Shown: in pieces, positions 40,430 through 50,547 of the stretch
How positions within the stretch are numbered: position 1 is the first letter of the stretch
Layout: each line of letters begins with the position of its first letter
Origin: a virus
IMG/VR virus record: IMGVR_UViG_3300043313_002348
Coordinates: 1 to 64,000 of that record
DNA: 64,000 bases
Direction: 5' to 3' (one strand)
Notes under the pieces: generated by a model
Database searches by the model: none
Told to the model about the DNA's origin: nothing
The model's input: the letters and a program-made list of their open reading frames with translations, nothing else
Made by a program: the position numbers and the translations under genes

Positions 40430-41570
40430 TAGTTCGTTGAAGTTCGCGCTGATCACCACCACCGTTCACGTGCCGAAGAACCTTCACGCGTGGACAGCGT
40501 TCTTGCGTGACGGAGATCTGATCGTGGTTGCCGGGGACCTGAAGACACCTCACGAGGAGGTTATCGCACTCCTCGACGACGTCACGCGACCTCATCCGAA
40601 ACTCACGGCTCGCTACCTCAGTCCTACGCGTCAAGATACCATGTACCCGCTGCTGTCGGAACTCACCGGGTGGAACACGATCCAGCGGCGGAACTTCGCC
40701 ACACTCTACGCTCTTCAGCTAGGTGCTGACGTCATCATCACCGTGGATGACGACAACTGGCCTACCACTGACGCCCTCGACCACGCCGACGAGTTCCGCG
40801 CCCAGTTCACCGACGACGCCGTCGTACCACTCCTCGACGGCGGTGACTGGTACAACCCGTGTCACGTCTTACTCGTTCAAGGTCCGACCGAGCTCATTCA
40901 AGGTGCACCTCAGTTTAGGCGGCTCTGGCACCGCGGGTTCCCGCGCTGGCTACGTGAGTCGTACGTGCCGGTGGTCTACCCGATCACGCCAGATCCATAT
41001 CTGGAGACGGGACGTGTCGGCGTCGTCGCCTCACTCTGGCTCGGCGACCCGGACGTCGACGCGCTGGACCGACACCCGGTTGCACTCCGCGTCAACTACA
41101 ACTCGATTCCCGAAACCGACCGAAACGTCACGATCAACTCGCGAACCACGTGGGCCCCGTTCAACTCGCAGGCTACCGCGTTCCGCGCCGAGCTCGCACC
41201 TGCCCTACTCTACTGGCCACACGTGGGTCGGTACGACGACATCTGGGCGTCGTTCATCGCGCAGAAGATCATGTCGACCTACGACCTCCACGTGTCGTTC
41301 GGACACCCGGTCGTGGAGCAGCAGCGAGGTGAACACACCGAACGTGACTTCACCGCGTTCCTGAACGACCTCGAGAACGAGATCTTCGGCATGAGGCACA
41401 ACCGCGAGGTGGTCGAGGCGATCCGCACCTGGACCGCCGACCCGACGTTGAGCATTCTCGAGAACACCGAGCGGCTGTTCTACCACGTCGCCACGACGTG
41501 CGACTTCATACCTGACTCGACGGTCAAGATCTTCGACGAGTGGCTGCGAATCTTCAAGGCGCTGTCGTGA
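40413..41570 (+). CDS. RGP/STELLO (GT75)-like nucleotide-sugar mutase or glycosyltransferase
   Basis: AGDLKTP, RRNFA.LYA, TVDDDN, HRGFP, WLGDPDVDA, PFNSQ and GRYDDIWA. Confidence 0.75.
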   Translation: MGKHRDSSLKFALITTTVHVPKNLHAWTAFLRDGDLIVVAGDLKTPHEEVIALLDDVTRPHPKLTARYLSPTRQDTMYPLLSELTGWNTIQRRNFATLYALQLGADVIITVDDDNWPTTDALDHADEFRAQFTDDAVVPLLDGGDWYNPCHVLLVQGPTELIQGAPQFRRLWHRGFPRWLRESYVPVVYPITPDPYLETGRVGVVASLWLGDPDVDALDRHPVALRVNYNSIPETDRNVTINSRTTWAPFNSQATAFRAELAPALLYWPHVGRYDDIWASFIAQKIMSTYDLHVSFGHPVVEQQRGEHTERDFTAFLNDLENEIFGMRHNREVVEAIRTWTADPTLSILENTERLFYHVATTCDFIPDSTVKIFDEWLRIFKALS

Positions 41571-42484
41571 TGAGGGCCGTCGTCACAGGTGATCTCGGGT
41601 TCCTAGGTCGTCACTTCACACGTAAGTTGAAGGCGTGTGGTTTCGACGTCCTCGGCGTGGACGTCAAGCGTGGTGGCATGCGGACGAACGACTGCCGCTA
41701 CCTCTTCAACACGTCGACGGACCGGTACGACCTCGCGATCCACGCCGCCGCGGTGGTCGGAGGTCGTGAGGCCATCGAGGGGAGACCCCTCGACCTCACC
41801 GTGAACTTCGACCTCGACCTCGCGTATATGAGGTGGTTGTTAGCCACGCGTCCTCGCCACGCGGTGTACTTCTCGTCGTCGGCGGTCTACCCGATCACGC
41901 TGCAAGACACCGACCTCGTACCGCGACAACTCTGGGAACACGACCTTAACACGGTGAAGTACGTGGGTGTGCCGGACGAGATCTACGGGTGGACGAAGCT
42001 GGTCGGCGAGGAGCTCATGCGCCGCGTACGCGACGCCGGGGTCGACGTCACGGTGGTGCGACCGTTCAGCGGCTACGGCGCGGATCAAGATCTCACGTAC
42101 CCGTTTCCTACGTTCATCCGGCGCGGACTTGCCTGCGCCGCGGATCCGGAGTTACCCTTCGACGTATGGGGACCGGGAACTCAGGTACGCGACTTCGTTC
42201 ACGTCGACGACGTGGTAGCAGCGACCCTCAACGCCGTCGCACGTCCCGACGTGCAGGTGACCAACGTCTGCACCGGGATCGCCACGAGCTTCGTCGACCT
42301 CGCGCGCGAGGTTCTCAAGCAGGTGGCTCCCACACGGGAGCCAAACCGGATCGTAACCCACCCCGCTAAGCCTACCGGCGTCGCGTACCGCGTCGGCTCT
42401 CCGCGGCAGATGTTCAAGTTCTACGCACCGAAAGTATCACTACCCGAGGGAATCACGAGTGCGCTGGAGGTAAGTCGTGGTTGA
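41567..42484 (+). CDS. NAD-dependent nucleotide-sugar epimerase/dehydratase (extended SDR)
   Basis: VTGDLGFLG, FSSSAVY, YGWTK and RDFVHVDD. Confidence 0.9.
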   Translation: MMRAVVTGDLGFLGRHFTRKLKACGFDVLGVDVKRGGMRTNDCRYLFNTSTDRYDLAIHAAAVVGGREAIEGRPLDLTVNFDLDLAYMRWLLATRPRHAVYFSSSAVYPITLQDTDLVPRQLWEHDLNTVKYVGVPDEIYGWTKLVGEELMRRVRDAGVDVTVVRPFSGYGADQDLTYPFPTFIRRGLACAADPELPFDVWGPGTQVRDFVHVDDVVAATLNAVARPDVQVTNVCTGIATSFVDLAREVLKQVAPTREPNRIVTHPAKPTGVAYRVGSPRQMFKFYAPKVSLPEGITSALEVSRG

Positions 42485-42968
42485 GTTCGACGTCGTGGAC
42501 CTATCCGATTCCGGTTGGCAGTGGCTCAAGTCCACCGCGGACCTCCAGCGCGACACGTACGGGTACGACCTCCCGATGCCACCTGGCGAGAAGATCGCCA
42601 ACTACGCTGTGATGAATCACACCGCGGGTGTGAAGGAGTTCGGCGAGCTACTCGACGAGTTCGGGTGGAAGCCGTGGGCGTCACCACGAGGCTGGTTCAA
42701 CCGTGAGGCCGCACTGAGTGAGGCCGTCGACGTCGCGCACTTCCTCGCGAACATACTCGTGGCGATCGGCGTCACCGACGAGGAGTGGGAACTCGCGTAC
42801 CGAATGAAACAAGAGATGAACCGACGACGTCAGCGCGCTGGCTACACCGGCCGCGACAAGTGTCGCTCCTGCGGTCGCGCGTACGACGATCCCACCACAC
42901 GCTGCCGGCTCGACTCGGACTACTGCCAGGACGCGGCCACTCACGCGACGCGCAACACATTCGCCTAG
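42477..42968 (+). CDS. All-alpha dUTPase/dCTPase
   Basis: KEFGELLDEFGWKPW, EAVDVAHF and K.EMNRRRQ.AGY. Confidence 0.82.
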   Translation: MVEFDVVDLSDSGWQWLKSTADLQRDTYGYDLPMPPGEKIANYAVMNHTAGVKEFGELLDEFGWKPWASPRGWFNREAALSEAVDVAHFLANILVAIGVTDEEWELAYRMKQEMNRRRQRAGYTGRDKCRSCGRAYDDPTTRCRLDSDYCQDAATHATRNTFA

Positions 42969-43011
42969 TACGGTTAGATCGACGACGAAAGCGCCTACTT
43001 GGGGGTCATCA

Positions 43012-44223
43012 GTGAGTCTTACGGCGATCGACTGCCAGGGCTTCGCCGGCGGGTTCACCCTAGGAACCGTCAAGGCGGGCTTCGAGCTGGTCGGTAAGCG
43101 TGAACACACCGGTGGCTTCGGTGTGAAGAACTGCGAGGTGAACCGCGCTCTTCTCGGTGACAACTGGTACTCGCAAGCAGGTGAGGCATACACCTGGCAT
43201 CCTATGTCTGTGGACCTGGTGTTTGGCAACCCGCCGTGCTCCGGCTTCTCCGTGATGTCCAACAAGGACTTTCGCGGCATGAACTCAAAGATTAACTCGT
43301 GTATGTGGGACTTCTCCGGGTTCGCGGCGCGCTGCCGGCCACCTATCGCGATCTTCGAGTCTGTGCAGGCGGCGTACAAGCAGGGTCGTGATCTCATGGT
43401 CGCGCTGCGCGCCAACCTCGAGGAGCGGACCGGACTTCGCTACGACCTGTATCACGTGCTTCACAACGCGACGACGCTAGGTGGCCCGGCTGTGCGGCGT
43501 CGATACTTCTGGGTTGTCTCGGCGATCCCGTTCGGTGTGGAGTATCCCGAGCGTCGTCCCCCGATCCTGCGTGAGGTGATCGGCGACCTACTCGACACGC
43601 CACTCACGTGGACGAGTCAGCCGTACCGGAACCCCCCGACGTGGTGGTCCGAGCGCGTGCGTACGACTACGGGTACGGTCGACGGGCACACTTACGCCGA
43701 CGTTCCGTACGTCCGGCGCGCGCTCGATCTCCTCGAGCAACTGGGCGGTTGGCCCGAAGGATCACATATTGGCGCGGAGGCGAAGCGTGCGTGGGAACGT
43801 GACGGTAAGCTCCCACCGTCGTGGGATCACATCTGCGCTAAGTTGGTCGAAAATAAGTTTGAGATGGGATACACAACACTCACCCGCTGGCGTTGGAACA
43901 CGCCAGGTCGTGTGATCACGGGTGGTGCGATGCAGCTCGCGATGCACCCACTCGAGAACCGAACGTTTACCCACCGCGAGGTCGCCCGCATCATGGGGTT
44001 CCCGGACACCTGGCGGATCCTTCCACTTCGCGGGACTCCAGGTCTGGGTATGACGTGGGGTAAGGGCATCACGGTGACCTGCGGGGAGTGGATCGCGGGT
44101 CTCGCACGGCGCGCGCTAGCGGGACGACCGGCATCTTACCGTGGGAAGTTGATCGGGGATCGCGAGTACGAGGTGGACGAGATCTCCGCACGGCAGTTTG
44201 CTCGTAGTCACGTAGCCTGCTAG
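43012..44223 (+). CDS. DNA cytosine-C5 methyltransferase-like protein
   Basis: DCQGFAGG (variant motif I), GNPPCSGFS (IV), FESV (VI), RRRYF (VIII), RE.ARIMGFPD (IX) and GKGI (X). Confidence 0.82.
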   Translation: MSLTAIDCQGFAGGFTLGTVKAGFELVGKREHTGGFGVKNCEVNRALLGDNWYSQAGEAYTWHPMSVDLVFGNPPCSGFSVMSNKDFRGMNSKINSCMWDFSGFAARCRPPIAIFESVQAAYKQGRDLMVALRANLEERTGLRYDLYHVLHNATTLGGPAVRRRYFWVVSAIPFGVEYPERRPPILREVIGDLLDTPLTWTSQPYRNPPTWWSERVRTTTGTVDGHTYADVPYVRRALDLLEQLGGWPEGSHIGAEAKRAWERDGKLPPSWDHICAKLVENKFEMGYTTLTRWRWNTPGRVITGGAMQLAMHPLENRTFTHREVARIMGFPDTWRILPLRGTPGLGMTWGKGITVTCGEWIAGLARRALAGRPASYRGKLIGDREYEVDEISARQFARSHVAC

Positions 44224-44264
44224 AGTTGACGCTGTTACCACGAACACCGAGAGAAGGGAACCCG

Positions 44265-44618
44265 ATGAGCGAGACCACGATCGAGGCCACCGACGTGGCT
44301 ACCGACGAGACCAACGACGGCGCCGGACGAGGTCGACCGGGACGTCCGCGCTCCCAGGATACGCTGACCCGCGACGCGGTCGTGCAAAACGCGATCGCGC
44401 AGGGTGGGAAGACGAAGTCCGAGCTCGTCGCGGAGACGGGTCTCACCGCGAACGCCGTCTACCTGTCCCTGTTCCGGCTCAAGCGTGACCGCGTCATCGC
44501 GAAGACCTCCGTCGAGGGTCGCGGTCCGCACGTGTGGTACGCCGTCGGCTCGACGCCGGCACCGGCGCCGGAGCCGGCCAGCACGCAGGGCGTGGACGGT
44601 GACGTCGTCGACGAGTGA
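44265..44618 (+). CDS. Small DNA-binding protein (AT-hook-like GRP motifs plus winged HTH)
   Basis: GRGRPGRPR and KSELVAETGLTANAVYLSLFRL. Confidence 0.65.
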   Translation: MSETTIEATDVATDETNDGAGRGRPGRPRSQDTLTRDAVVQNAIAQGGKTKSELVAETGLTANAVYLSLFRLKRDRVIAKTSVEGRGPHVWYAVGSTPAPAPEPASTQGVDGDVVDE

Positions 44619-44638
44619 TCGTCAAGTTCACACCGACC

Positions 44639-44687
44639 GACGACCCGCGCGACGTCCCCCCCGTCCGCGCGGGTCGTCTCGTTTTTT
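44639..44687 (+). terminator. Intrinsic terminator ending the replication/modification operon
   Basis: GACGACCCGCGCG / CGCGCGGGTCGTC stem followed by TTTTTT. Confidence 0.8.
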
Positions 44688-44791
44688 CCTGAAAAATCTT
44701 GGGCAAACCTAGGCAAACCTGTAGCTCGATCACATTAATCCTGCTAGAGTAGACGTATCAGGAACGAACGAGAACGAGGAAGGGAACCACG

Positions 44792-46579
44792 ATGATAGCC
44801 ACCACGATCACGCACATAGCGGACATGAAGATCGACGTCAACGGCACCGAGCACGTCGTCGACCTGAAGATCACCGACATTCCGCGAGACGAGCGTCGCC
44901 AGACCGGTCGCGCGTACGTGTGGCTGAACGACAAGTTGAGCGCCCAGTTGGGCACTCCGCCTGACGACTTCACGTCAGCGGCGTGGCGTAGGTACCACCG
45001 CGCAATGATCAAGTTGATGAACGAGGTGCTGCAGGGCACGTGGAATCACGACGTTCCGCTGGTCGCGTCGTTCTCCCGCACAGCGGGTTGTTCCTGTGGC
45101 TGCTCTCCCGGGTTCCGCCTCCCGAACCAGCACGTCGACATCTACGTGAGTGTTAAGTAACCCACCAGGCCGTCGAGATCCTCTGAGAGGAGTAACCGTG
45201 CTGTACCAGGTGTTGGAACGCGCGCGTGAGGGTACCTCCTACTGGCACGTCTCTCTGGGCCTCGGTGGGATACCTGCCGAGCTTCACGACCAGACCGTCG
45301 TCACGATCCGGGAGGCGAACGGTAGGCTTGGGTGGACGAAGTACATGATCATTGGCGACAACCTCGGCTACGAGGCCTGCCTGCGGGCCGACGAAGACGA
45401 CAGGGCGAGAATGGGAGTGAGGAGGGTTCGGTAGTGAATCTCTTCAGGCTGTTCCATCACTGGCCTGAGCTGTTGTTTGTGATCACGGCAGGCTTCGTCG
45501 TCGGCTGCGTCATGTACTGGTTGAGTAGGTAAGAGTCAACGTCGAAGGAGGAAGCAGATGTCCACTACCCGTAAGCCCATGGGTGTGAAGGCTGCCGCCC
45601 GAATCCAGGCGCAGCGGCGGACGCGACACGCCGCGCGGCGCGCCGTCCGGACACTGGGTCGGTCGTTCACGCCGCGGGTGTCGCGACGTGGTCGCACCAC
45701 GATGATGTGATGTCTCCTTTACGGAGATCGCCTCGGTGTCGGTTCTGCGGGTCGCGAAGGCATAACCTTGAGACCTGCGAGTCGTACCGTGAGTACACCG
45801 AGCTCTTCAGTGGAACGGTGACGGCCGAGGAACTCGAGGCTCACGCCACTGACCGGTGGGAGTGGCCCGGACCTCACCGCCTACGGTGGGAGGGGATCAC
45901 GTGCATGTTTAGGGAGAGGGGAGAGTAGTGACCGCAGAGGTACCGACGATCGACTGGTCACAGCCGCTGACACGCGCGGACGCGCGGGGGTGGGTTGCCG
46001 CCGCTCTCGACTGGTCACATGAGAACGAACTCGCGTTCAACGTCCAGATCACACCTGAGCTTCGTCGCGAGATGCTGACGTACGCGCTCGACCGGGCGGA
46101 GGTGGTGCGCTTAGAGTGGGTTAAGATGCGTAGCACGCGACCGGCGGTCGACCGCCTCCGCGTACTTGGTACCGTCGGCTTACTTAAGTCCACGCTCGTC
46201 GAGATGATGATCACTACTCCGGAGGAGTGAAGATCGGGGGTGTCCACCCGCGTACGTGACTGGTCTCCGTGCGCGGGTGTAGACACCGAACCTGAGCTCC
46301 TGATATAATCACTACATCAGGAACGTAGGGGAGCGGACGAGCGGAGGAACGATGGTTAAGCAAGTTGACGAGGTTGACGGCGCGTTCGTGCATCCACTCG
46401 GGTTCATCTTTACGGTTGTGGGTGACGTCGCGCTGGTCACCGCGTGGGGTCACACCACGGCGTTAACCCGCGCCGAAGCCCGCGAGTGGTGGTCCGTCGC
46501 GAACGAGACCGCACGTTACTGGAAGTTAACGGGTGTTCAGGTGAACCTGACGTCCGCTGATCACATTGGGAGGTACTGA
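44792..46579 (+). CDS. Run of small hypothetical genes (44792-45160, ~45198-45434, 45707-45928, 45928-46230, 46352-46579)
   Basis: Co-oriented ORFs with RBSs downstream of the repeated promoters. Confidence 0.5.
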
Positions 46580-46580
46580 G

Positions 46581-46802
46581 ATGGGACTCATCTTTCGGAA
46601 GCGGATCAAGATCGGCCCATTCGCGCTGAACCTGTCGCACCGTGGTGCGTCGGTGTCCGCAGGCGCGGGACCGGTGAGTGTCAACAGCCGCACGCGGCGT
46701 GTTCGCGTGAACCTGCCGGGTCCGTTCGCCTGGACGTCCGGTAAGACGCGTTCGAGGCGGAATCGTTCATCGTCATCTCAGGATGGTGCTCCCGATGCCT
46801 GA
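46581..46802 (+). CDS. DUF4236-like protein
   Basis: MGLIFRKRIKIGPFALNLS..G.S.S.G. Confidence 0.7.
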   Translation: MGLIFRKRIKIGPFALNLSHRGASVSAGAGPVSVNSRTRRVRVNLPGPFAWTSGKTRSRRNRSSSSQDGAPDA

Positions 46803-47136
46803 GTCCACCACCGCACTGGAATTGGCGCGCGACTTCGCCGCTGGCGACGTACCCAGCATCGGCACGGACGACGTGGCCGGTGTGCTCGCCACATACGACG
46901 CCGTGATCGCGGTAAGTGGGCGAGTCGAGTTCGTCGTGGACTGTCCTAAGTACGGCGAGCAGGCCAGCGCCGGCATCACCTTATTCACCGATTGGGTGCC
47001 CGGCGCCCCGCTGGTCATCGACATGGAGATGGCCGCCGCGCAGACGACATACACCTGCGGCGCCTGCGGCAACGAGTGTTACTCAGGTGACTACGACTTG
47101 TACTACGACGACGAACACGAGGACATCGAGATTTAG
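46783..47136 (+). CDS. Hypothetical zinc-ribbon protein
   Basis: CPKYG...CGACG. Confidence 0.45.
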   Translation: MVLPMPESTTALELARDFAAGDVPSIGTDDVAGVLATYDAVIAVSGRVEFVVDCPKYGEQASAGITLFTDWVPGAPLVIDMEMAAAQTTYTCGACGNECYSGDYDLYYDDEHEDIEI

Positions 47137-47191
47137 CCTCTCGGGTACCTTAGCGGCTACAACCCACCTAACGTGACCACGACTACGTACC

Positions 47192-47265
47192 GCCCCCTTA
47201 GCCCAGTTGGCAGAGGCAGAGGACTTAAAATCCTCACAGCGTGGGTTCAAGTCCCACAGGGGGCA
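47192..47265 (+). tRNA. tRNA-Leu, anticodon UAA
   Basis: GCCCCCT/AGGGGGC acceptor stem, GAGGA-CTTAAAA-TCCTC anticodon arm, GTGGG-TTCAAGT-CCCAC T arm; no encoded CCA. Confidence 0.92.
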
Positions 47266-47301
47266 CGAGGTAAGATCGGATCGAATCTTAGGAGATCAAG
47301 G

Positions 47302-47853
47302 TTGAATAAGTTAAGTCGGTTTGTCATTGTAGCGGCAGCGGGTCTAGGGATGCTACAGAGTGGAGGGTCAGTGATAACTAACGCTGCCCCGGTTCACACC
47401 AACTCGATCGGTAACCTGGTTGACACAACGAGCACTCGCTGTGACGCAACTGGTGGTCACTGCGCACGTTTACACGTGGTCGTCCAGGAGATAATCGGTA
47501 CCCAGGGAGACACTTGGTTCCGGTCGTTTGCCTCGATCACCTGCACCAGCGCTAGTGGGGATGTACCCTGTGCACATCTCCAGGGTAATACGTGGCTAAA
47601 CTGCAACCGAGGTACGCTACTGTGCATTCCCGACGGTACCGGCCAACCCAACGGTGGTGACACTGTCGACGGTCCGCCTATCAACTGCAGCAACTGCTCC
47701 GTATCCGGTACGGTGACTCCGTGGTACCACCACCCCAGTGGAAACGGTCAGACCTATCAGGGTGTCGGATCGTTCAGCTTCACTACCGGTGCTGTCGGTG
47801 GGGGAGGTCCTTGGGGGATCTCGGCGGCAACTGTCCAGTTCACTATCACGTAA
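47302..47853 (+). CDS. Secreted Cys-rich protein (paralogue of 53159-53677)
   Basis: TTG start with AGGAG RBS, signal peptide and RCDATGGHCARLH. Confidence 0.7.
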   Translation: MNKLSRFVIVAAAGLGMLQSGGSVITNAAPVHTNSIGNLVDTTSTRCDATGGHCARLHVVVQEIIGTQGDTWFRSFASITCTSASGDVPCAHLQGNTWLNCNRGTLLCIPDGTGQPNGGDTVDGPPINCSNCSVSGTVTPWYHHPSGNGQTYQGVGSFSFTTGAVGGGGPWGISAATVQFTIT

Positions 47854-47899
47854 GAAAATCGGATGTGACCACTAACCCGTGTGAGATGAAGGAGGAAGA

Positions 47900-48519
47900 G
47901 TGAAGTTTACCGTGGAGTTAGACGCGGTCGAGGTCAACACACACGGTGAACCTATCGACGGCTCGACGCTGATCACTCCCGAGTTTGTGCTTACCTTCCT
48001 CCGAGAGTATATGTTTGACGAGGACGTCGGATTCGAGACCGAGCACCCGACCGACGACACGTCGTACGTGTACATGGGGTTTCGCAACGTAACGGTCACA
48101 CCTATGATAGAGGAGGAAGAAAGATGATCTCGGAGGAACTTCACACACCCGTTACGGTCGACGATTGGTCACGTACACCACCCGCGGTCGTAAGTGTGAT
48201 ACAACGAATCATGAAGGATCGTGACACGTTACGTCTCCGTGTGGCGACGTTGACCGCGCAGATTAAGCAGATCGTGGGCAATGATCGTTTGCTATCGAGT
48301 TTAACTACCACTAACACGGTTGTGAATCCCGACACCGCTGGAGTGTTCGGGGTCGCTCCCAGTTCCGTCGTCCGCTTTAAGTTAGCGGACGGCCTCGAGG
48401 TCGACGTGTACGTCGATCTTCACGGGAAACTTCGGATCGACGGCACGGGTTCGATCGCCCTTGAACTTGGCGACGCGAACGGCTTCACCGTAGCGGTGCT
48501 TCCCGAGAGGGAGGATTGA
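47900..48519 (+). CDS. Two hypothetical genes (47900-48127, 48124-48519)
   Basis: GGAGG RBSs and ATGA overlap. Confidence 0.55.
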
Positions 48520-48760
48520 CAGATGTCGTGATTTATGATAGTATGGTTCCTAGCGGAGAAACGAACGAGGAGGAACCGGTGGAGCAGCGGATAGACGTGA
48601 CGAATGAAGACTGCTCCTCTTGCGGCGCGAAGCCAGGTCGCCACTGTCGCACGTGGTGTGAGTTGAACGGTACCTCGTGGGACGAGATCGAGTAGTGGTT
48701 GACAAGTCTTAAGACTTACGTTACAGTGGACGTACCAGGAACGAACGAGATGAGGAAGCA

Positions 48761-49579
48761 ATGACTGCGGGTACCCACTACGATACCGAGGACTACGTCC
48801 GCCGGATCACCGCACTGCTCGCCCAGGCCGAGTCGACCAACACCCCGGCGGAAGCCGAGATGTACGTGTCGAAAGCCCAGGAGCTGATGCTCTCGCACGC
48901 GATCTCCGAGGAGCTGATCCGCGCCGCCCAGGTGAAGAAGGGTGTGGCGCAGGAGCCAGAGAAGATCATCAGGCAGTCCGTCAAGCTCACGGGTGTCTAC
49001 CGCAAGGTCGAGAGTGACATCGTGGTGGCCGTGGCGTTCGCAAACGACTGCCGGTCCGTCGTTCACGATCAGACGTGGTCAACACCACATACCTACGTGA
49101 TAACGGTCGTCGGACACGAGTCTGACGTGGACAACGTGCTGCGGCTGAGCGCGTCACTACTGATCCAGCACAGTACCGCGAAGCGCACGTGGGAGCGTAA
49201 GGGTGGGGTACCGACACACGTGTCGTCGATGGAGAAGTTCAAGATCCGCCGGCAGTTCACGATCTCGTACGCGCAAGGTGTGGGTTCTCGCCTCCAGCTC
49301 GCCCGCCGTGAGGCTAAGATCACCGTCGCCGAGGCGCAGGTGGAGGCCCAGCGGGTGACCATCGCCGACGCGCAGCAGTCCGTGGCGCTGGCGCTCGTGG
49401 ATCGGAAGAAGCGTGTGGACAACTGGATCGACGAGAAGTACGGACGCAGCCTCAGGTCCGTGACGCACAACTACGCGGGTGGTGGATACTCCGCCGCGGA
49501 AGCCGGCTACGAGGCCGGCTCCCGCGCTGACCTCGGACAACCCCGCGTCGGTGGGACCCGTCCCGCGCTGGAAGGTTGA
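48761..49579 (+). CDS. DUF2786-domain protein
   Basis: RITALLAQAEST...EAE...KAQELM. Confidence 0.78.
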   Translation: MTAGTHYDTEDYVRRITALLAQAESTNTPAEAEMYVSKAQELMLSHAISEELIRAAQVKKGVAQEPEKIIRQSVKLTGVYRKVESDIVVAVAFANDCRSVVHDQTWSTPHTYVITVVGHESDVDNVLRLSASLLIQHSTAKRTWERKGGVPTHVSSMEKFKIRRQFTISYAQGVGSRLQLARREAKITVAEAQVEAQRVTIADAQQSVALALVDRKKRVDNWIDEKYGRSLRSVTHNYAGGGYSAAEAGYEAGSRADLGQPRVGGTRPALEG

Positions 49580-49587
49580 GACCCACG

Positions 49588-50028
49588 ATGAACACAGGTA
49601 CCCAGCAGTTCACGTTGTACGACGCGGAGGCGAAGTTATCACGTGGTCGTGTGTTTCAGAAGCTCCCTGAACTTCAGGCCTGGGTCGACGAGCTCCGTGA
49701 GACGTGGTGGTGGCAGCGTTTCTACCCGCAGGTCGTGCGGGTGGAGGTCGGACCGGCGCGGAACCGACGTGAGTCGGTCGGCTGGTTCGAGGCCAAGCAG
49801 GGTGCGGGTCGGATCGAGATGACTCCCACGGCCCGCGACGTACGTAGTATCACGCACGAGCTGGCGCACGTGATGACGGCAGCACTGCACGGTGACGGGC
49901 ACGGACACGACCCGGTGTTCGCCCGCGAGTACGGGAACCTAACGTGGTTCATCTCCGGACCGCAGGCGTGGTTGAACCTGCAGGCCGCGTACGTGCGTCA
50001 CGGTGTCGACTACGGCCAGGACGCGTAG
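49588..50028 (+). CDS. SprT-like HEXXH metallohydrolase
   Basis: THELAH...GHDPVF. Confidence 0.75.
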   Translation: MNTGTQQFTLYDAEAKLSRGRVFQKLPELQAWVDELRETWWWQRFYPQVVRVEVGPARNRRESVGWFEAKQGAGRIEMTPTARDVRSITHELAHVMTAALHGDGHGHDPVFAREYGNLTWFISGPQAWLNLQAAYVRHGVDYGQDA

Positions 50029-50064
50029 GGGAGAGACAGCGCACGTTGCCAAGTCTTCCTACTT

Positions 50065-50451
50065 ATGCTACGGTGGAACCTACCAGGAAACACGAAATCT
50101 GATCGAGGAGGAAATGTCGTGGATCAGCGTGAGAGTAAGCTCCCTGCGTGGGCCCAGAACGAGCTACGCGCCGCGCGCGTCGAGGCTCGAGCCCTACGGC
50201 GGCAGGTCGCTGACTTGTCTCGTGAGGACTCACTCGTCGTCGCCAACCCAGACCGTGGCGAGCGTGACGTCGAGTCGATCAACTTGGGTGACCGCGCCAC
50301 CGTCCGCTTCACACTCGCGAGTGGCATGATCGACGTGTCACTTCGCGACGGGCATCTCCACGTCGACGCCTTCACGGGTGCGCTCGCGATCACGCCGTGG
50401 GTCTCGAACGTCGTTCACGTTCGGGTCGTTGACTTCCCACGCGGAACGTAG
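50065..50451 (+). CDS. Hypothetical protein (true start likely ~50119)
   Basis: GGAGG RBS downstream of the promoter at 50046. Confidence 0.5.
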   Translation: MLRWNLPGNTKSDRGGNVVDQRESKLPAWAQNELRAARVEARALRRQVADLSREDSLVVANPDRGERDVESINLGDRATVRFTLASGMIDVSLRDGHLHVDAFTGALAITPWVSNVVHVRVVDFPRGT

Positions 50452-50547
50452 ATCTCTTTAGTCAAGTCACGTGACCTGTTGCCGGGTCACGTGACTTGTG
50501 CTATAGTGGTAGTAACAGGAACGAACGAGGAACCGAGGAAGGTCAAG

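Noticed and set aside
47173-47301. N-terminal extension of ORF 47173-47853
   Set aside because: Overlaps the tRNA; a better start with RBS and signal peptide is at 47302
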